Shown: piece by piece, positions 1 to 8,862 of the stretch
How the letters are laid out: each line of letters starts with the position of its first letter
Position numbering within the stretch: the stretch's first letter is position 1
DNA from: Candidatus Nanoarchaeia archaeon
GTDB taxonomy: Archaea; Nanobdellota; Nanobdellia; Pacearchaeales; GW2011-AR1
Assembly (NCBI GenBank): GCA_028718805.1
Contig: JAQUKY010000001.1
Location: 80,384 to 144,383, forward strand
Direction: 5' to 3'
DNA: 64,000 bases
The notes under the pieces: generated by a model
What the model saw: only the letters and a program-made list of their open reading frames with translations
What the model was told of the DNA's origin: nothing
The model's database searches: none
Made by a program: the position numbers and the translations under genes

Positions 1-130
1 TTTAATTTTCCAATTTCAGAATGAATTTTTTCAATTTCCTCTCTTTCTTTGTCAGCATCCATGGCAAAGCTATAGAAAATGTTCTTTTAAGCATTTATGT
101 TTTGAATTAAATGTTTTGTAATCTATTCAT

Positions 131-823
131 TTATCTTGATTTTATCACACCAATTCTGGGGCAATAATCTCTTGTAGGGCATATAGAACATTTTGGTGAT
201 ATGGGCAGGCAGATTGTTTTGCCAAACAAAACAAAAATTCCATTAAACTCCATCCAGTATTTTTTAGGCAGGATTTTCTCAAGTTCTTTTTCTGTTTTCT
301 CAGCTGTTTTTGTTTTTACCCAGCCAAGTCGGTTAGGAATCCTGTGGCAATGAGTATCAACAGGGATAAATTGCTGGTTAAATGCAAAATTCAAGACAAT
401 ATTGGATGTTTTAGGGCCTATTCCTTTAATTGACATTAAGTCTTCTTTATTATTTGGAACTTTTGAATTAAATCTTTTAATCAGTTCTTTAGAAACATGC
501 TTTAATGTCCGAGCTTTTTTATGATAATGGCCTGAAGAAAATATTATCTTTTCAAGTTTTTTTGTATTCATTTTTGCTATTTGTTGCGGGGTATCTGCTA
601 CTAAAAAAAGCTGTTTTGAAATTCTGTTTGTTGTTTCATCTTTTGCCCTTAAGGATAACAAGCAGGAAATTAGGATTTTGAAAGCATTTTTAGGTGATTT
701 TTTTTCTTTTCTCATCCTGTTTAAGGTAGTTCTTTCTGTATAATGAAAATGTTTTTCAAGAATTTGCATAGCGGGTTCTATATTAGAAATGAATTTTTCT
801 TTCATAAAGATAATAATATGCAA
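131..823 (-). CDS. nth: Endonuclease III (HhH-GPD DNA glycosylase/AP lyase)
   Basis: HhH motif LMSIKGIGPKTSNIVL. Asp context IPVDTH. C-terminal 4Fe-4S pattern C-x6-C-x2-C-x5-C (CLPISPKCSICPTRDYC). True start may be the internal MKEKF. Confidence 0.85.
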   Translation of the reverse strand: MHIIIFMKEKFISNIEPAMQILEKHFHYTERTTLNRMRKEKKSPKNAFKILISCLLSLRAKDETTNRISKQLFLVADTPQQIAKMNTKKLEKIIFSSGHYHKKARTLKHVSKELIKRFNSKVPNNKEDLMSIKGIGPKTSNIVLNFAFNQQFIPVDTHCHRIPNRLGWVKTKTAEKTEKELEKILPKKYWMEFNGIFVLFGKTICLPISPKCSICPTRDYCPRIGVIKSR

Positions 824-855
824 ATACTTATAAACTTCTGCTTTAGCAGTAATTT

Positions 856-1191
856 ATGAAGAACCAGAAACAAGAAGCTGTTTCTAAAACAATCTGTAAA
901 TGCCCTTTTTATGGAATTTATTATCTTAATGGTAGTCTTTATGAAGGAGATGAGAATAAATGCTTGATTAATCCTTATACTAATAATTATTGTTCAATGA
1001 AGGAAAGTAAAAAAATTCCTGATTTAATTAGCTGTTCTTCTTTTAATAAAAGAAATGATAAGGATGGTTTAATAAAAAATCTTTCTGGATTTGAGCTTTA
1101 TTTAGAAAAATTAAGGATTATAGGATTGCCTGAACAAAAAAAGGTTACATTTCAAAATTGGTTTGATTATATAATGAAATCTGCTGGTTGA
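856..1191 (+). CDS. Hypothetical Cys-rich protein
   Basis: 111-aa ORF divergent from nth; no recognisable motif. Confidence 0.35.
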   Translation: MKNQKQEAVSKTICKCPFYGIYYLNGSLYEGDENKCLINPYTNNYCSMKESKKIPDLISCSSFNKRNDKDGLIKNLSGFELYLEKLRIIGLPEQKKVTFQNWFDYIMKSAG

Positions 1192-1226
1192 TGTTTTTAT
1201 TATTCAGATTTTTCGTTTTAGAAAAA

Positions 1227-1301
1227 TGGCCCCAAGGGGATTTGAACCCCTGACACCTGCCTTAAGAGGGCAGTGCTCTAACCGGGCTGAGCTATGGAGC
1301 C
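1227..1301 (-). tRNA. tRNA-Lys (anticodon CUU), no encoded CCA
   Basis: The reverse complement folds as a cloverleaf: acceptor GGCTCCA/TGGGGCC, D stem GCTC/GAGC, anticodon stem CTGCC/GGCAG with loop CTCTTAA, T stem AGGGG/CCCCT with loop TTCAAAT, discriminator A. Confidence 0.9.
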
Positions 1302-1322
1302 TTAATTTTAGTAAGGATAATT

Positions 1323-1333
1323 GATTTAAAAAT
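1323..1333 (-). promoter_or_regulatory. TATA-box-like element for tRNA-Lys
   Basis: Minus-strand ATTTTTAAATC is centred about 27 nt upstream of the tRNA 5' end. Confidence 0.45.
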
Positions 1334-1426
1334 ATGTTGATGACATAATAAATAAAACCAAATTAATAATATAAAAAACTAGTCAAGTTAAAATACAGAA
1401 GATTAAGCTGTTTAAGCAGGGGATTC

Positions 1427-1717
1427 TTATTTTGATTTTTCTTCTTGTTCTATCTCTAAAACCATGCCTGGGATTTCATCCATGACCTTTCTTAAAACTT
1501 CTTTTTCAGTTAGTTTTGGGTCTTCTCTTGAAATCTTAAAGGCTTTTGCCGCAGCAGCCACCATGCATCTTTTTACTTTTTCGTCTCTTATATCATCCAT
1601 TTCAGAGATGTAATCTGAAACATCTTGGAATACTTCTTCATCTATTGCAAGAGGATTTTGCTTTCGAAACTTAATCACTCTTGTTGCAGCTGAAATCATT
1701 TTTATTTTTTCTTCCAT
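1427..1717 (-). CDS. Hypothetical protein (96 aa, helical/acidic)
   Basis: Clean ORF preceded by ATATTTAAATA about 35 nt upstream of the ATG; no motif recognised. Confidence 0.45.
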   Translation of the reverse strand: MEEKIKMISAATRVIKFRKQNPLAIDEEVFQDVSDYISEMDDIRDEKVKRCMVAAAAKAFKISREDPKLTEKEVLRKVMDEIPGMVLEIEQEEKSK

Positions 1718-1792
1718 CTTTTTTGCATATATGAAAGCTTATTGAGCATATTTAAATATTATTGTAAATTATTATAAGAATTAATTGTGTTT

Positions 1793-1887
1793 TTTATTTA
1801 TAATCTATTAAACGATTTTAATCTTGAGCAATCATTTTCGCTTTGTGTTAATTGCCATAGCTTATTTAGTTTTATTTATTACTGATT
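1793..1887 (-). repeat. Intergenic cassette copy A
   Basis: Shares TTTATTTATAATCTATTAAACGATTTTAATCTTGAGCAATCAT and TAGTTTTATTTATTACTGATT arms with copies at 3311, 4906 (inverted), 12685, 40405, 42387 and 52589. Confidence 0.8.
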
Positions 1888-1900
1888 AAGGAATTAAGAA

Positions 1901-2209
1901 TTATTTATACACCCTCCAGGTATGCTTGCACTTGGTGCATCTGAAGAATTTGGTTTCTGCTTCGTCGCTTGAGCGTGTTTGCAAAGTCCAAAAACTAGCT
2001 TTATTATTCTTGCATTTTGGGCATTCTGCATCTACTTCTGGCAAAAAATTACTATCTTCTTCATTTATTACTGCTACCTGAGATTTTAATTTAATATTTT
2101 CAGAGGATTCCAGATTAATCTTGTCTTTTGATTTATATTCGCATCTTGGGCATTTAGAACTATCCCCATCCTTAATCATAACACAGCCACAATTTGGACA
2201 AAATTCCAT
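1901..2209 (-). CDS. tfs: Transcription factor S (TFIIS-type transcript cleavage factor), paralog 1
   Basis: N-terminal Zn ribbon CPNCG...CPRC. C-terminal TFIIS ribbon CPKC...QTRSSDEAETKFFRCTKCKHTW with the acidic DE pair. Confidence 0.9.
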   Translation of the reverse strand: MEFCPNCGCVMIKDGDSSKCPRCEYKSKDKINLESSENIKLKSQVAVINEEDSNFLPEVDAECPKCKNNKASFWTLQTRSSDEAETKFFRCTKCKHTWRVYK

Positions 2210-2378
2210 TAGAAATTTTGTTAATTTAGATTTATAAACTCTCCTTTTTTGAAATCTGTTAAATGGTTTAGTATGGTTGTTAGAAGACTAAGGTTTATGT
2301 GAGATTGTTTATTATTAACGAAGAATTATCTATACTCTCTCCAAATTTCATTTACAATATGTGTAAAAATAGAATAGT

Positions 2379-2900
2379 CTAATTAAGATTTTCTAGCTTA
2401 TTAATTTCAGTATCTCTATACTCTGATATTTTATTTATAATCATATCCAAGGTAGGTTTTGATTCTTCTTCTACAAAAAGTAAATATTCTGCAGAACTAA
2501 TTAAACTATTAATAAGTTCGGGTTGTCTAATGCCTCCACCATTCTGTTTTATGGATTCTAAAGATTCTTTAATATATTTAATTTTTTGTAAATATGCTTC
2601 TAAATAGATTCTTATCTCAGGAGTTCCAAAATTAATCTTCTCTCTTGCTTGATAAGTAATCGTTGTTTCTAATTTGTCTATTCTATATTTTTCTGTATCT
2701 TTTATTTCGTTTAGAGTAAGAATTTTATCTTTTAAAAATTGTTCATTAAATCTTAATTCTATTATTAAATTGTTTGCAAGAGCAATATTTTCTTCAATAT
2801 CTTTTTTTGGTGAATCTCCATTTATTGCAATGATAGTTACAATGATTGCAATAAGTGTAATAATGATACTAACAATCGTAATTTTGGCTTCAAGTTTCAT
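2379..2900 (-). CDS. Hypothetical N-terminally membrane-anchored helical protein
   Basis: TM segment ITIVSIIITLIAIIVTIIAI followed by a coiled-coil-like region. Confidence 0.45.
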   Translation of the reverse strand: MKLEAKITIVSIIITLIAIIVTIIAINGDSPKKDIEENIALANNLIIELRFNEQFLKDKILTLNEIKDTEKYRIDKLETTITYQAREKINFGTPEIRIYLEAYLQKIKYIKESLESIKQNGGGIRQPELINSLISSAEYLLFVEEESKPTLDMIINKISEYRDTEINKLENLN

Positions 2901-2959
2901 AATTTCCCTTAGAAAACAACTTATTTAATTTTTTCCTTTTTTATTTTTTACACATATTG

Positions 2960-3268
2960 TTACCTATACTCTCTCCAGGTATGCTTGCACTTAGTGCATC
3001 TGAAGAATTTGGTCTCGGCTTCATCTCCTGCTCGTGTCTGAGAAGTCCAGAAGTAAGCTTCTCCATTATTACACTTAGGACAGTTTGCATTTGTAACAGG
3101 GAAAACGTCTGTATCCTTTTCTTTTATTACCCCTATTTTGGGTTTTACTTGAATTTGTTCAGAAGTCTCAATTTTTACTTTTCCTTTTGCTTTATATCCG
3201 CATCTAGCACAGCCAAAATTTTTTGTCTTTTCTACTAATACGCACCCACATTTTGGACAAAATTGCAT
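2960..3268 (-). CDS. tfs: Transcription factor S, paralog 2
   Basis: Same architecture as paralog 1: CPKCG...CARCG and CPKC...QTRAGDEAETKFFRCTKCKHTW. Confidence 0.9.
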   Translation of the reverse strand: MQFCPKCGCVLVEKTKNFGCARCGYKAKGKVKIETSEQIQVKPKIGVIKEKDTDVFPVTNANCPKCNNGEAYFWTSQTRAGDEAETKFFRCTKCKHTWREYR

Positions 3269-3310
3269 TATGAGTTTTGTATACTACTATTTATAAATGT
3301 TTCCTCCTTT

Positions 3311-3427
3311 TTTATTTATAATCTATTAAACGATTTTAATCTTGAGCAATCATCCATAGCTTGATGTTAATTGCTGCTCACTATCTCGTTTTTTGTATTA
3401 TTGGTTTAGTTTTATTTATTGGTGATT
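3311..3427 (-). repeat. Intergenic cassette copy B
   Basis: The first about 45 nt are near-identical to copy A. The central arms GAGCAAT...ATTGCTGCTC are self-complementary. The right arm is TAGTTTTATTTATTGGTGATT. Confidence 0.8.
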
Positions 3428-3436
3428 TTTAAATTT

Positions 3437-4111
3437 TTATCTAAATGCATTAATGAATTCAGTGAACCATATTTTGGGCCAGCCGAGAAGGGGGATTTTG
3501 ATTATGGCCTTGCCAATAATCTGTTCTTGGGATATATGGGTTTCATCTGTTTTATAAATATTATTATCTTTTGTTAATTGTTTTCCATTATGATCTCCTT
3601 TTGTCTGATAAGTTCCATCCTCGTTTATTTTTACTATCCTGTGAATAATTGGTCTTGGCGCAGTTGAATCTGCATTTGGCCTGAAAATTATTATATCTCC
3701 TATTTTTGGAATGAATCTGCCCCAAACAATAATTACATCTCCTTTATTGAACCCATTTGTTAAAGAAAATTCTGAGAATTGCTCTTTTGATATATTTTTA
3801 TCTTTGTACCAGCCCCCGCATACCCCCCAGTATTTATCAAGATCAATATAACCAATTTCTTTTTTTTCATCACTGGAATAAATATTATCACATAATGTTA
3901 ACCTGTTATAATCATCATAAACAATCCGGTGGTCCATACTTGAACTTTCAACTCCTGCCAAAGGTAGTTCATTTCCAAAGATTAATGAAAGGGCTGGAAA
4001 AAAGATAAATTTAACTGCGACAAATATAATCACAAGAGCGACAATCCAGCTCCAGATTGAATCTGAATGCCAAACCCAGTGCCAGCCTTTTTTTATATCC
4101 TGAAAGTTCAT
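3437..4111 (-). CDS. Signal peptidase I, archaeal/Sec11 type (S26B)
   Basis: N-terminal TM helix. Ser box GVESSSMDH, His box PIIHRIV, and TKGDHN in place of the GDN box. Confidence 0.7.
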   Translation of the reverse strand: MNFQDIKKGWHWVWHSDSIWSWIVALVIIFVAVKFIFFPALSLIFGNELPLAGVESSSMDHRIVYDDYNRLTLCDNIYSSDEKKEIGYIDLDKYWGVCGGWYKDKNISKEQFSEFSLTNGFNKGDVIIVWGRFIPKIGDIIIFRPNADSTAPRPIIHRIVKINEDGTYQTKGDHNGKQLTKDNNIYKTDETHISQEQIIGKAIIKIPLLGWPKIWFTEFINAFR

Positions 4112-4484
4112 TTTATTATTTATAATTTATAACTTATAAATGCTGTGATTATAATGTGGAAGTAATACCCAATAGAAACACAGTTATCTGGGAAGTTAGG
4201 AACTATTAATCCTTATTTAAAATATATACTACAGAATCGAAAACTTTAAATAGTATATCTTTCCTGTATACACTGAAAGTATACACAATCTCCTTTCCAG
4301 CCATACTTTTGTATGGCTGTTCATACGTAACACCTCTTTATCCCCAGAAGAGCAAAGACAGGTATTTGCCTGAAACTGGCTCCTCTAGGGTTTAAATATC
4401 AATAATAAATAAAACGAAACGAACCTATAACATAAAATAGTTTAACATTACCAAAACAGAACATAAAAACAAAATAAAACAAAA

Positions 4485-4895
4485 ATGACAGACATCTTTA
4501 ACAACACAATTTTATGTGGGAAATGCAATATTAAAATGAAGCCCGTTGAGATACATAAAAATGGTTTTGTTTTAAGGGCAGTTATGTGCCCAAAATGCGA
4601 GTCAAAGATTATTCATCCTAAAGATGAGCAGGAATATAATAATTTTACTGATTTAAAAAAGAAAGAGTTTAATGTCAAGATGAGATTTGTTGGAAATTCA
4701 TATGCAGTTTCTATTCCAAAAGAAATTGTTGATTTTATGCAGGAACAGGAAAAAATAATGAATGAAATGGTAAGATTATCATTAGAAGAATTCGGGAGAA
4801 TCAGCTTAAGTTTTGGAAATCAAAATCATAATCATGAAAATGATAGGATAAGAGCAATAAAGGAATTAAAGGAAAAAAATAAGGAGGTTAATTAA
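4485..4895 (+). CDS. Zn-ribbon plus AbrB/SpoVT-like domain protein
   Basis: CGKC...CPKC ribbon followed by RFVGNSYAVSIPKEIVDFM (swapped-hairpin AbrB-like signature). Confidence 0.4.
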   Translation: MTDIFNNTILCGKCNIKMKPVEIHKNGFVLRAVMCPKCESKIIHPKDEQEYNNFTDLKKKEFNVKMRFVGNSYAVSIPKEIVDFMQEQEKIMNEMVRLSLEEFGRISLSFGNQNHNHENDRIRAIKELKEKNKEVN

Positions 4896-4905
4896 ATTTA
4901 TATCT

Positions 4906-4999
4906 ATAATAAATAAAAACGAAATACTCAAGAGCAATTTAACATCAAGCTATGAATGATTGCCCAAGATTAAAATCGTTTAATAGATTATTGATAAAC
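4906..4999 (+). repeat. Intergenic cassette copy C (inverted relative to A/B)
   Basis: Reads AATAAATAAAAACGAAAT...GAGCAATTTAACATCAAGCTATGAATGATTGCCCAAGATTAAAATCGTTTAATAGATTATTGATAAAC and ends 11 nt before the cdc48 ATG. Confidence 0.8.
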
Positions 5000-5009
5000 A
5001 AAAGACAAA

Positions 5010-7457
5010 ATGGCAATAACAGAAGAAAAAAGCCCTAAATTAAGAGTAAGCGAGGCATTGCAGGATGATGCATATAAAGGGATTGCTAGAATTGATTTTG
5101 AGATTATGAGGGAACTTGGGATTAAAAGGGGGGATGTTATTATGATTAAAGGAGGAAAAGAAACTGTTGCTATTGCTGATAAGGCTTATCCTGCAGATGT
5201 TGGAGAAGGAATTATCAGGATTGATGGAATTATAAGGAAGAATGCAAGAACAGGTGTTGGAGAAAATGTTATTGTGAAAAAAGCAGAAATAAAAGAAGCT
5301 AAGAAGGTTGTTATTGCTCCTGCCCAGAGAGGGATAATGATTCAGGGAAATTTAAAGCCAGGATTATTGGGAAGAGCTGTTGTTAAAGGAGATGTTGTTG
5401 TTCTAGGAGGAGTCAGGAGAAGAAGAGACCTTATGAGTGAGGATTTAGAAAATTTATTTGGCGGTTTTGAAGATATTTTTGGAGATGCTTTTGGCGGGAT
5501 GGGATTAGGAGGATTACAGCAGATTAGATTTTTAATAACAAATACAACCCCAAATACTCCATGTATAATAACTGAAAATACAGAAGTTGTATTCAGCAAC
5601 AAGCCAGTTGAGGTTTCTGAAGAAACTAATTTACCTGAAGTTACTTACGAAGATATAGGGGGGTTAAGTGAAGAAGTTAAAAAAGTAAGAGAGATGGTAG
5701 AGCTTCCTCTTAAACATCCAGAGATATTTGACAGACTTGGAATTGAACCCCCAAAAGGAGTTCTATTGCATGGTCCTCCTGGAACAGGAAAAACATTGTT
5801 AGCAAAAGCTGTTGCAAATGAAAGCGAGGCTAATTTTATTTTATTAAATGGACCCGAAGTAATGAGCAAGTTTTATGGAGAATCAGAAAAAAAAGTAAGA
5901 GACATTTTTGATGAAGCTGAAAAAAATGCACCTTCAATAATTTTCATAGATGAAATAGATGCAATTGCCCCTAAAAGAGAAGATGCTGGGGGAGAAGTTG
6001 AAAGAAGAGTTGTTTCTCAATTACTAACTATGATGGATGGTTTGCAGTCAAGAGGAAAGGTAGTTGTTATTGGTGCAACTAACAGGCCAAATTCTATTGA
6101 TGAAGCATTAAGAAGGCCAGGAAGATTTGACAGGGAAGTGGAACTCAGAGCTCCTGATAAAAAAGGCAGATTGCAGATTTTAAAAATTCATACAAGAAAC
6201 ATGCCTTTAACAAAAGATGTTGATTTAAATGCTTTGGCAGAAATAACTCATGGTTTTGTTGGTGCTGATATTTCTTCATTGGCAAAAGAAGCTGCAATGG
6301 TTGTGCTTAGGAGAGTCTTGCCTAAAATTGAATTAAAAGAAGGAGAATCAATCCCAGAAGAAGTTTTAAAAGAATTAAAAGTTTATAAAAAAGATTTTGA
6401 TGATGCCCTGAAAGTTGTCAGGCCTAGTGCAATGAGGGAAGTTTTAGTAGAAACCCCAAATATTAATTGGGAAGACGTTGGAGGATTAGATAATGTTAAA
6501 CAAGAATTAAAAGAAGTTGTTGAATGGCCATTAAAATATCCTGATTCATTTACACGCCTTGGAATACGTCCTCCGAGAGGAATTTTATTATATGGCCCTC
6601 CTGGAACAGGAAAAACATTGTTAGCAAAAGCTGTTGCAAAAGAGAGCGAAGCTAATTTTATTCAGGTTAAAGGCCCAAGCCTGCTTTCAATGTGGGTTGG
6701 GAAATCAGAAGAAGGAGTTAGGAAGATATTTGAAAGAGCTAGACAAGTAAGCCCGTGCATTATATTTTTTGATGAGATTGATGCTTTAGCAGGAAAAAGA
6801 GGAATTGAGCAAGGAACAAAAGTTACTGAAAGAGTTTTAAATCAAATATTAGCTGAAATGGATGGAATTGAAGACTTGTCAAATGTAATTGTTATCGGAG
6901 CAACTAACAGGCCAGATATGCTGGATGCGGCTTTATTAAGACCAGGAAGATTTGACAGAATTTTATTAACTCCTGCTCCTTCAAAAGAAGGAAGAGAAGA
7001 AATATTTAAGATTCATACTAAGAAGATGCCTCTTGCGTTAAGTAAACATGAAGTTGAAGATTTAGATAGAAGATTTAAGAATGCAAAAATAGAAAATATT
7101 ACTTCAAAAATGGCTGCTGATGAACCGATTAAGCAATCTGATTTAATCAATAAGAAAAAGAAGGAAATTGATTTTAAAGAATTATCAGATAGAGACAAAT
7201 TAATGTATTATATCTCCGAAAAAACAGAGGGCTTTGTTGGTGCTGACATGGAAGCGTTGATAAGAGAAGCTGCAATGCTTGCTTTAAGAGAGGATATTGG
7301 CGCTAAAGAAGTTAAAATGAGCAATTTTGAAGATGCTCTGAAAAAAGTAAGAGCAAGTGTCACAAAAGGGGACATTGAAAAATACAAAAGAATAGAAGAA
7401 GATTATTTGAGAAGTGCAAAGGCTGCTTTGGAAACTCCTGTGAGCTATTTGGGATAA
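5010..7457 (+). CDS. cdc48: Cdc48/VCP-type AAA+ ATPase (N domain plus D1 plus D2)
   Basis: Two Walker A motifs ([15 protein letters not shown], twice), two Walker B motifs ([16 protein letters not shown]) and an N-terminal double-psi-barrel-like region. D2 carries an extra segment. Confidence 0.95.
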   Translation: MAITEEKSPKLRVSEALQDDAYKGIARIDFEIMRELGIKRGDVIMIKGGKETVAIADKAYPADVGEGIIRIDGIIRKNARTGVGENVIVKKAEIKEAKKVVIAPAQRGIMIQGNLKPGLLGRAVVKGDVVVLGGVRRRRDLMSEDLENLFGGFEDIFGDAFGGMGLGGLQQIRFLITNTTPNTPCIITENTEVVFSNKPVEVSEETNLPEVTYEDIGGLSEEVKKVREMVELPLKHPEIFDRLGIEPPKGVLLHGPPGTGKTLLAKAVANESEANFILLNGPEVMSKFYGESEKKVRDIFDEAEKNAPSIIFIDEIDAIAPKREDAGGEVERRVVSQLLTMMDGLQSRGKVVVIGATNRPNSIDEALRRPGRFDREVELRAPDKKGRLQILKIHTRNMPLTKDVDLNALAEITHGFVGADISSLAKEAAMVVLRRVLPKIELKEGESIPEEVLKELKVYKKDFDDALKVVRPSAMREVLVETPNINWEDVGGLDNVKQELKEVVEWPLKYPDSFTRLGIRPPRGILLYGPPGTGKTLLAKAVAKESEANFIQVKGPSLLSMWVGKSEEGVRKIFERARQVSPCIIFFDEIDALAGKRGIEQGTKVTERVLNQILAEMDGIEDLSNVIVIGATNRPDMLDAALLRPGRFDRILLTPAPSKEGREEIFKIHTKKMPLALSKHEVEDLDRRFKNAKIENITSKMAADEPIKQSDLINKKKKEIDFKELSDRDKLMYYISEKTEGFVGADMEALIREAAMLALREDIGAKEVKMSNFEDALKKVRASVTKGDIEKYKRIEEDYLRSAKAALETPVSYLG

Positions 7458-7528
7458 AATTATCTATCATATTAAAGATTATTATATATTTTCATAATAC
7501 TTATAAACTATTTTAATAAATAATTCTC

Positions 7529-8134
7529 ATGGAAGCAACTATTAAAGACACAAAACAAGTATTACTCGTAGGAGAAATTCTTGAAAATGCTTATAAAAAA
7601 TTAGGAGAGAGAAATTCAAACAGAGAGATAATTTTGCCAGAAGAAGTTAGGTCTGAAATTGCAGATGATTCTGATTATCATAAAATCAGAACAGGATATA
7701 TGGGTTATAAAACAGTTACTTTTTTTAATTTTAATAATAAAAGCTGGTTAATTGGTAATGGAAAATCTTGCGGAGCTTATCCTGCAAGACCTTATGACAG
7801 CGATATCTTAGCTTTGGAATTAGACATTGCGGTATTCCCTGAAAGAGTACGCAGCGAATTCCAGGAGAATGTAGGCAGTTATTTTAAGAATTCATTGATG
7901 TATTGTATGACAGATGGCATGTTAGCAATTTCTAAACATGGGAAATTTAATAAGAGTATGATGAATTTGTTAAGGCCAAGAATAGAAGAGTTTATTGCTG
8001 AAGAACCAAAGTACAATGAAGAGATTATCTCTCCGGATACTCATATGCCTGTAAACATAAGCCCTATGAAATATAAGCCAGAATTTGCTGATTTTTTAGC
8101 AGAGTCAATTGAAGCAGTTTTAAAACAGAGTTAA
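7529..8134 (+). CDS. Hypothetical protein (201 aa)
   Basis: Clean ORF; no motif recognised. Confidence 0.45.
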   Translation: MEATIKDTKQVLLVGEILENAYKKLGERNSNREIILPEEVRSEIADDSDYHKIRTGYMGYKTVTFFNFNNKSWLIGNGKSCGAYPARPYDSDILALELDIAVFPERVRSEFQENVGSYFKNSLMYCMTDGMLAISKHGKFNKSMMNLLRPRIEEFIAEEPKYNEEIISPDTHMPVNISPMKYKPEFADFLAESIEAVLKQS

Positions 8135-8205
8135 TTAATTTCTTATTTTAAAATTGTTACTTCTCTTTAGAAATAATTTATAAACCCTAAAATTAATGGT
8201 TTAGC

Positions 8206-8853
8206 ATGAGCATTCAAACTTTTTTAACTTATTTTATTAATGTTGATGAATACCTTGTTTTTCTTATTAGTTTATATGGGGTTTGGATTTATCCTATTTT
8301 GTTTATTGTTATCTTTTGCGAAACAGGACTTGTTGTGTTTCCTTTTTTGCCAGGAGATTCATTGATTTTTGTTGCAGGAACTATAGCAGCGCAACAACTT
8401 CTTAATGTGTGGCTTTTGTACATTCTTTTAGTAGCCGGGGCTATACTGGGAGATTCTTTAAATTATTGGATAGGCAGAAAACTAGGCCCAAAAGTTTTCT
8501 CAAGTGAGACTTCTAAATTTTTCAACAAAAATAATCTTATCAAAGCTAATAATTTTTATGAAAAACATGGTGGGAAAACAATAATTTATGCAAGATTTAT
8601 TCCCGTACTAAGAACCTTTGCCCCATTTGTAGCTGGAATAGGAAAGATGACTTATATTAGATTTTTTGCATATAATATAGTGGGGGGAATTTTATGGGTT
8701 TCACTTGCCCTATTTGGAGGTTATTATTTCGGGCAGATACCTATCATTAAAAATAATTTAACCCTAGTTGTAATTGTAATAATAATAACTTCCCTAATTC
8801 CTGCTATTGTAGAATACATTAAACATAGAATAAGGAAGATTGAAGTTATTTGA
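8206..8853 (+). CDS. DedA-family membrane protein
   Basis: Multi-TM protein with the DedA signatures FPFLPGDSLIFVAG and GDSLNYWIGRKLG. Confidence 0.8.
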   Translation: MSIQTFLTYFINVDEYLVFLISLYGVWIYPILFIVIFCETGLVVFPFLPGDSLIFVAGTIAAQQLLNVWLLYILLVAGAILGDSLNYWIGRKLGPKVFSSETSKFFNKNNLIKANNFYEKHGGKTIIYARFIPVLRTFAPFVAGIGKMTYIRFFAYNIVGGILWVSLALFGGYYFGQIPIIKNNLTLVVIVIIITSLIPAIVEYIKHRIRKIEVI

Positions 8854-8862
8854 TTTCTTGTT

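Noticed and set aside
2674-3238. Track ORFs 2674..2928 (+) and 2957..3238 (+).
   Set aside because: They lie antisense to the 173-aa gene and to tfs paralog 2. Their sequences are low-complexity and Phe/Ser/Ile-rich, typical of shadow ORFs in AT-rich DNA. The opposite strand carries clear motifs.
1793-3427. Reading the intergenic cassettes as a CRISPR array or as C/D-box sRNAs.
   Set aside because: Copies are dispersed over 50 kb, of variable length and in both orientations, so this is not an array. CTGA occurs in one arm, but no convincing RUGAUGA C box or paired C'/D' boxes are present.
4140-4484. SRP RNA or RNase P RNA in the ORF-free spacer.
   Set aside because: I could not find the conserved GGAAAGUCC-type (RNase P) elements or SRP helix-8 features. 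The region is too short for RNase P.
5342-7198. Track ORFs 5342..5602, 5645..5869 and 7013..7198 (-) inside cdc48.
   Set aside because: They are antisense shadows of a gene with unambiguous AAA+ motifs.
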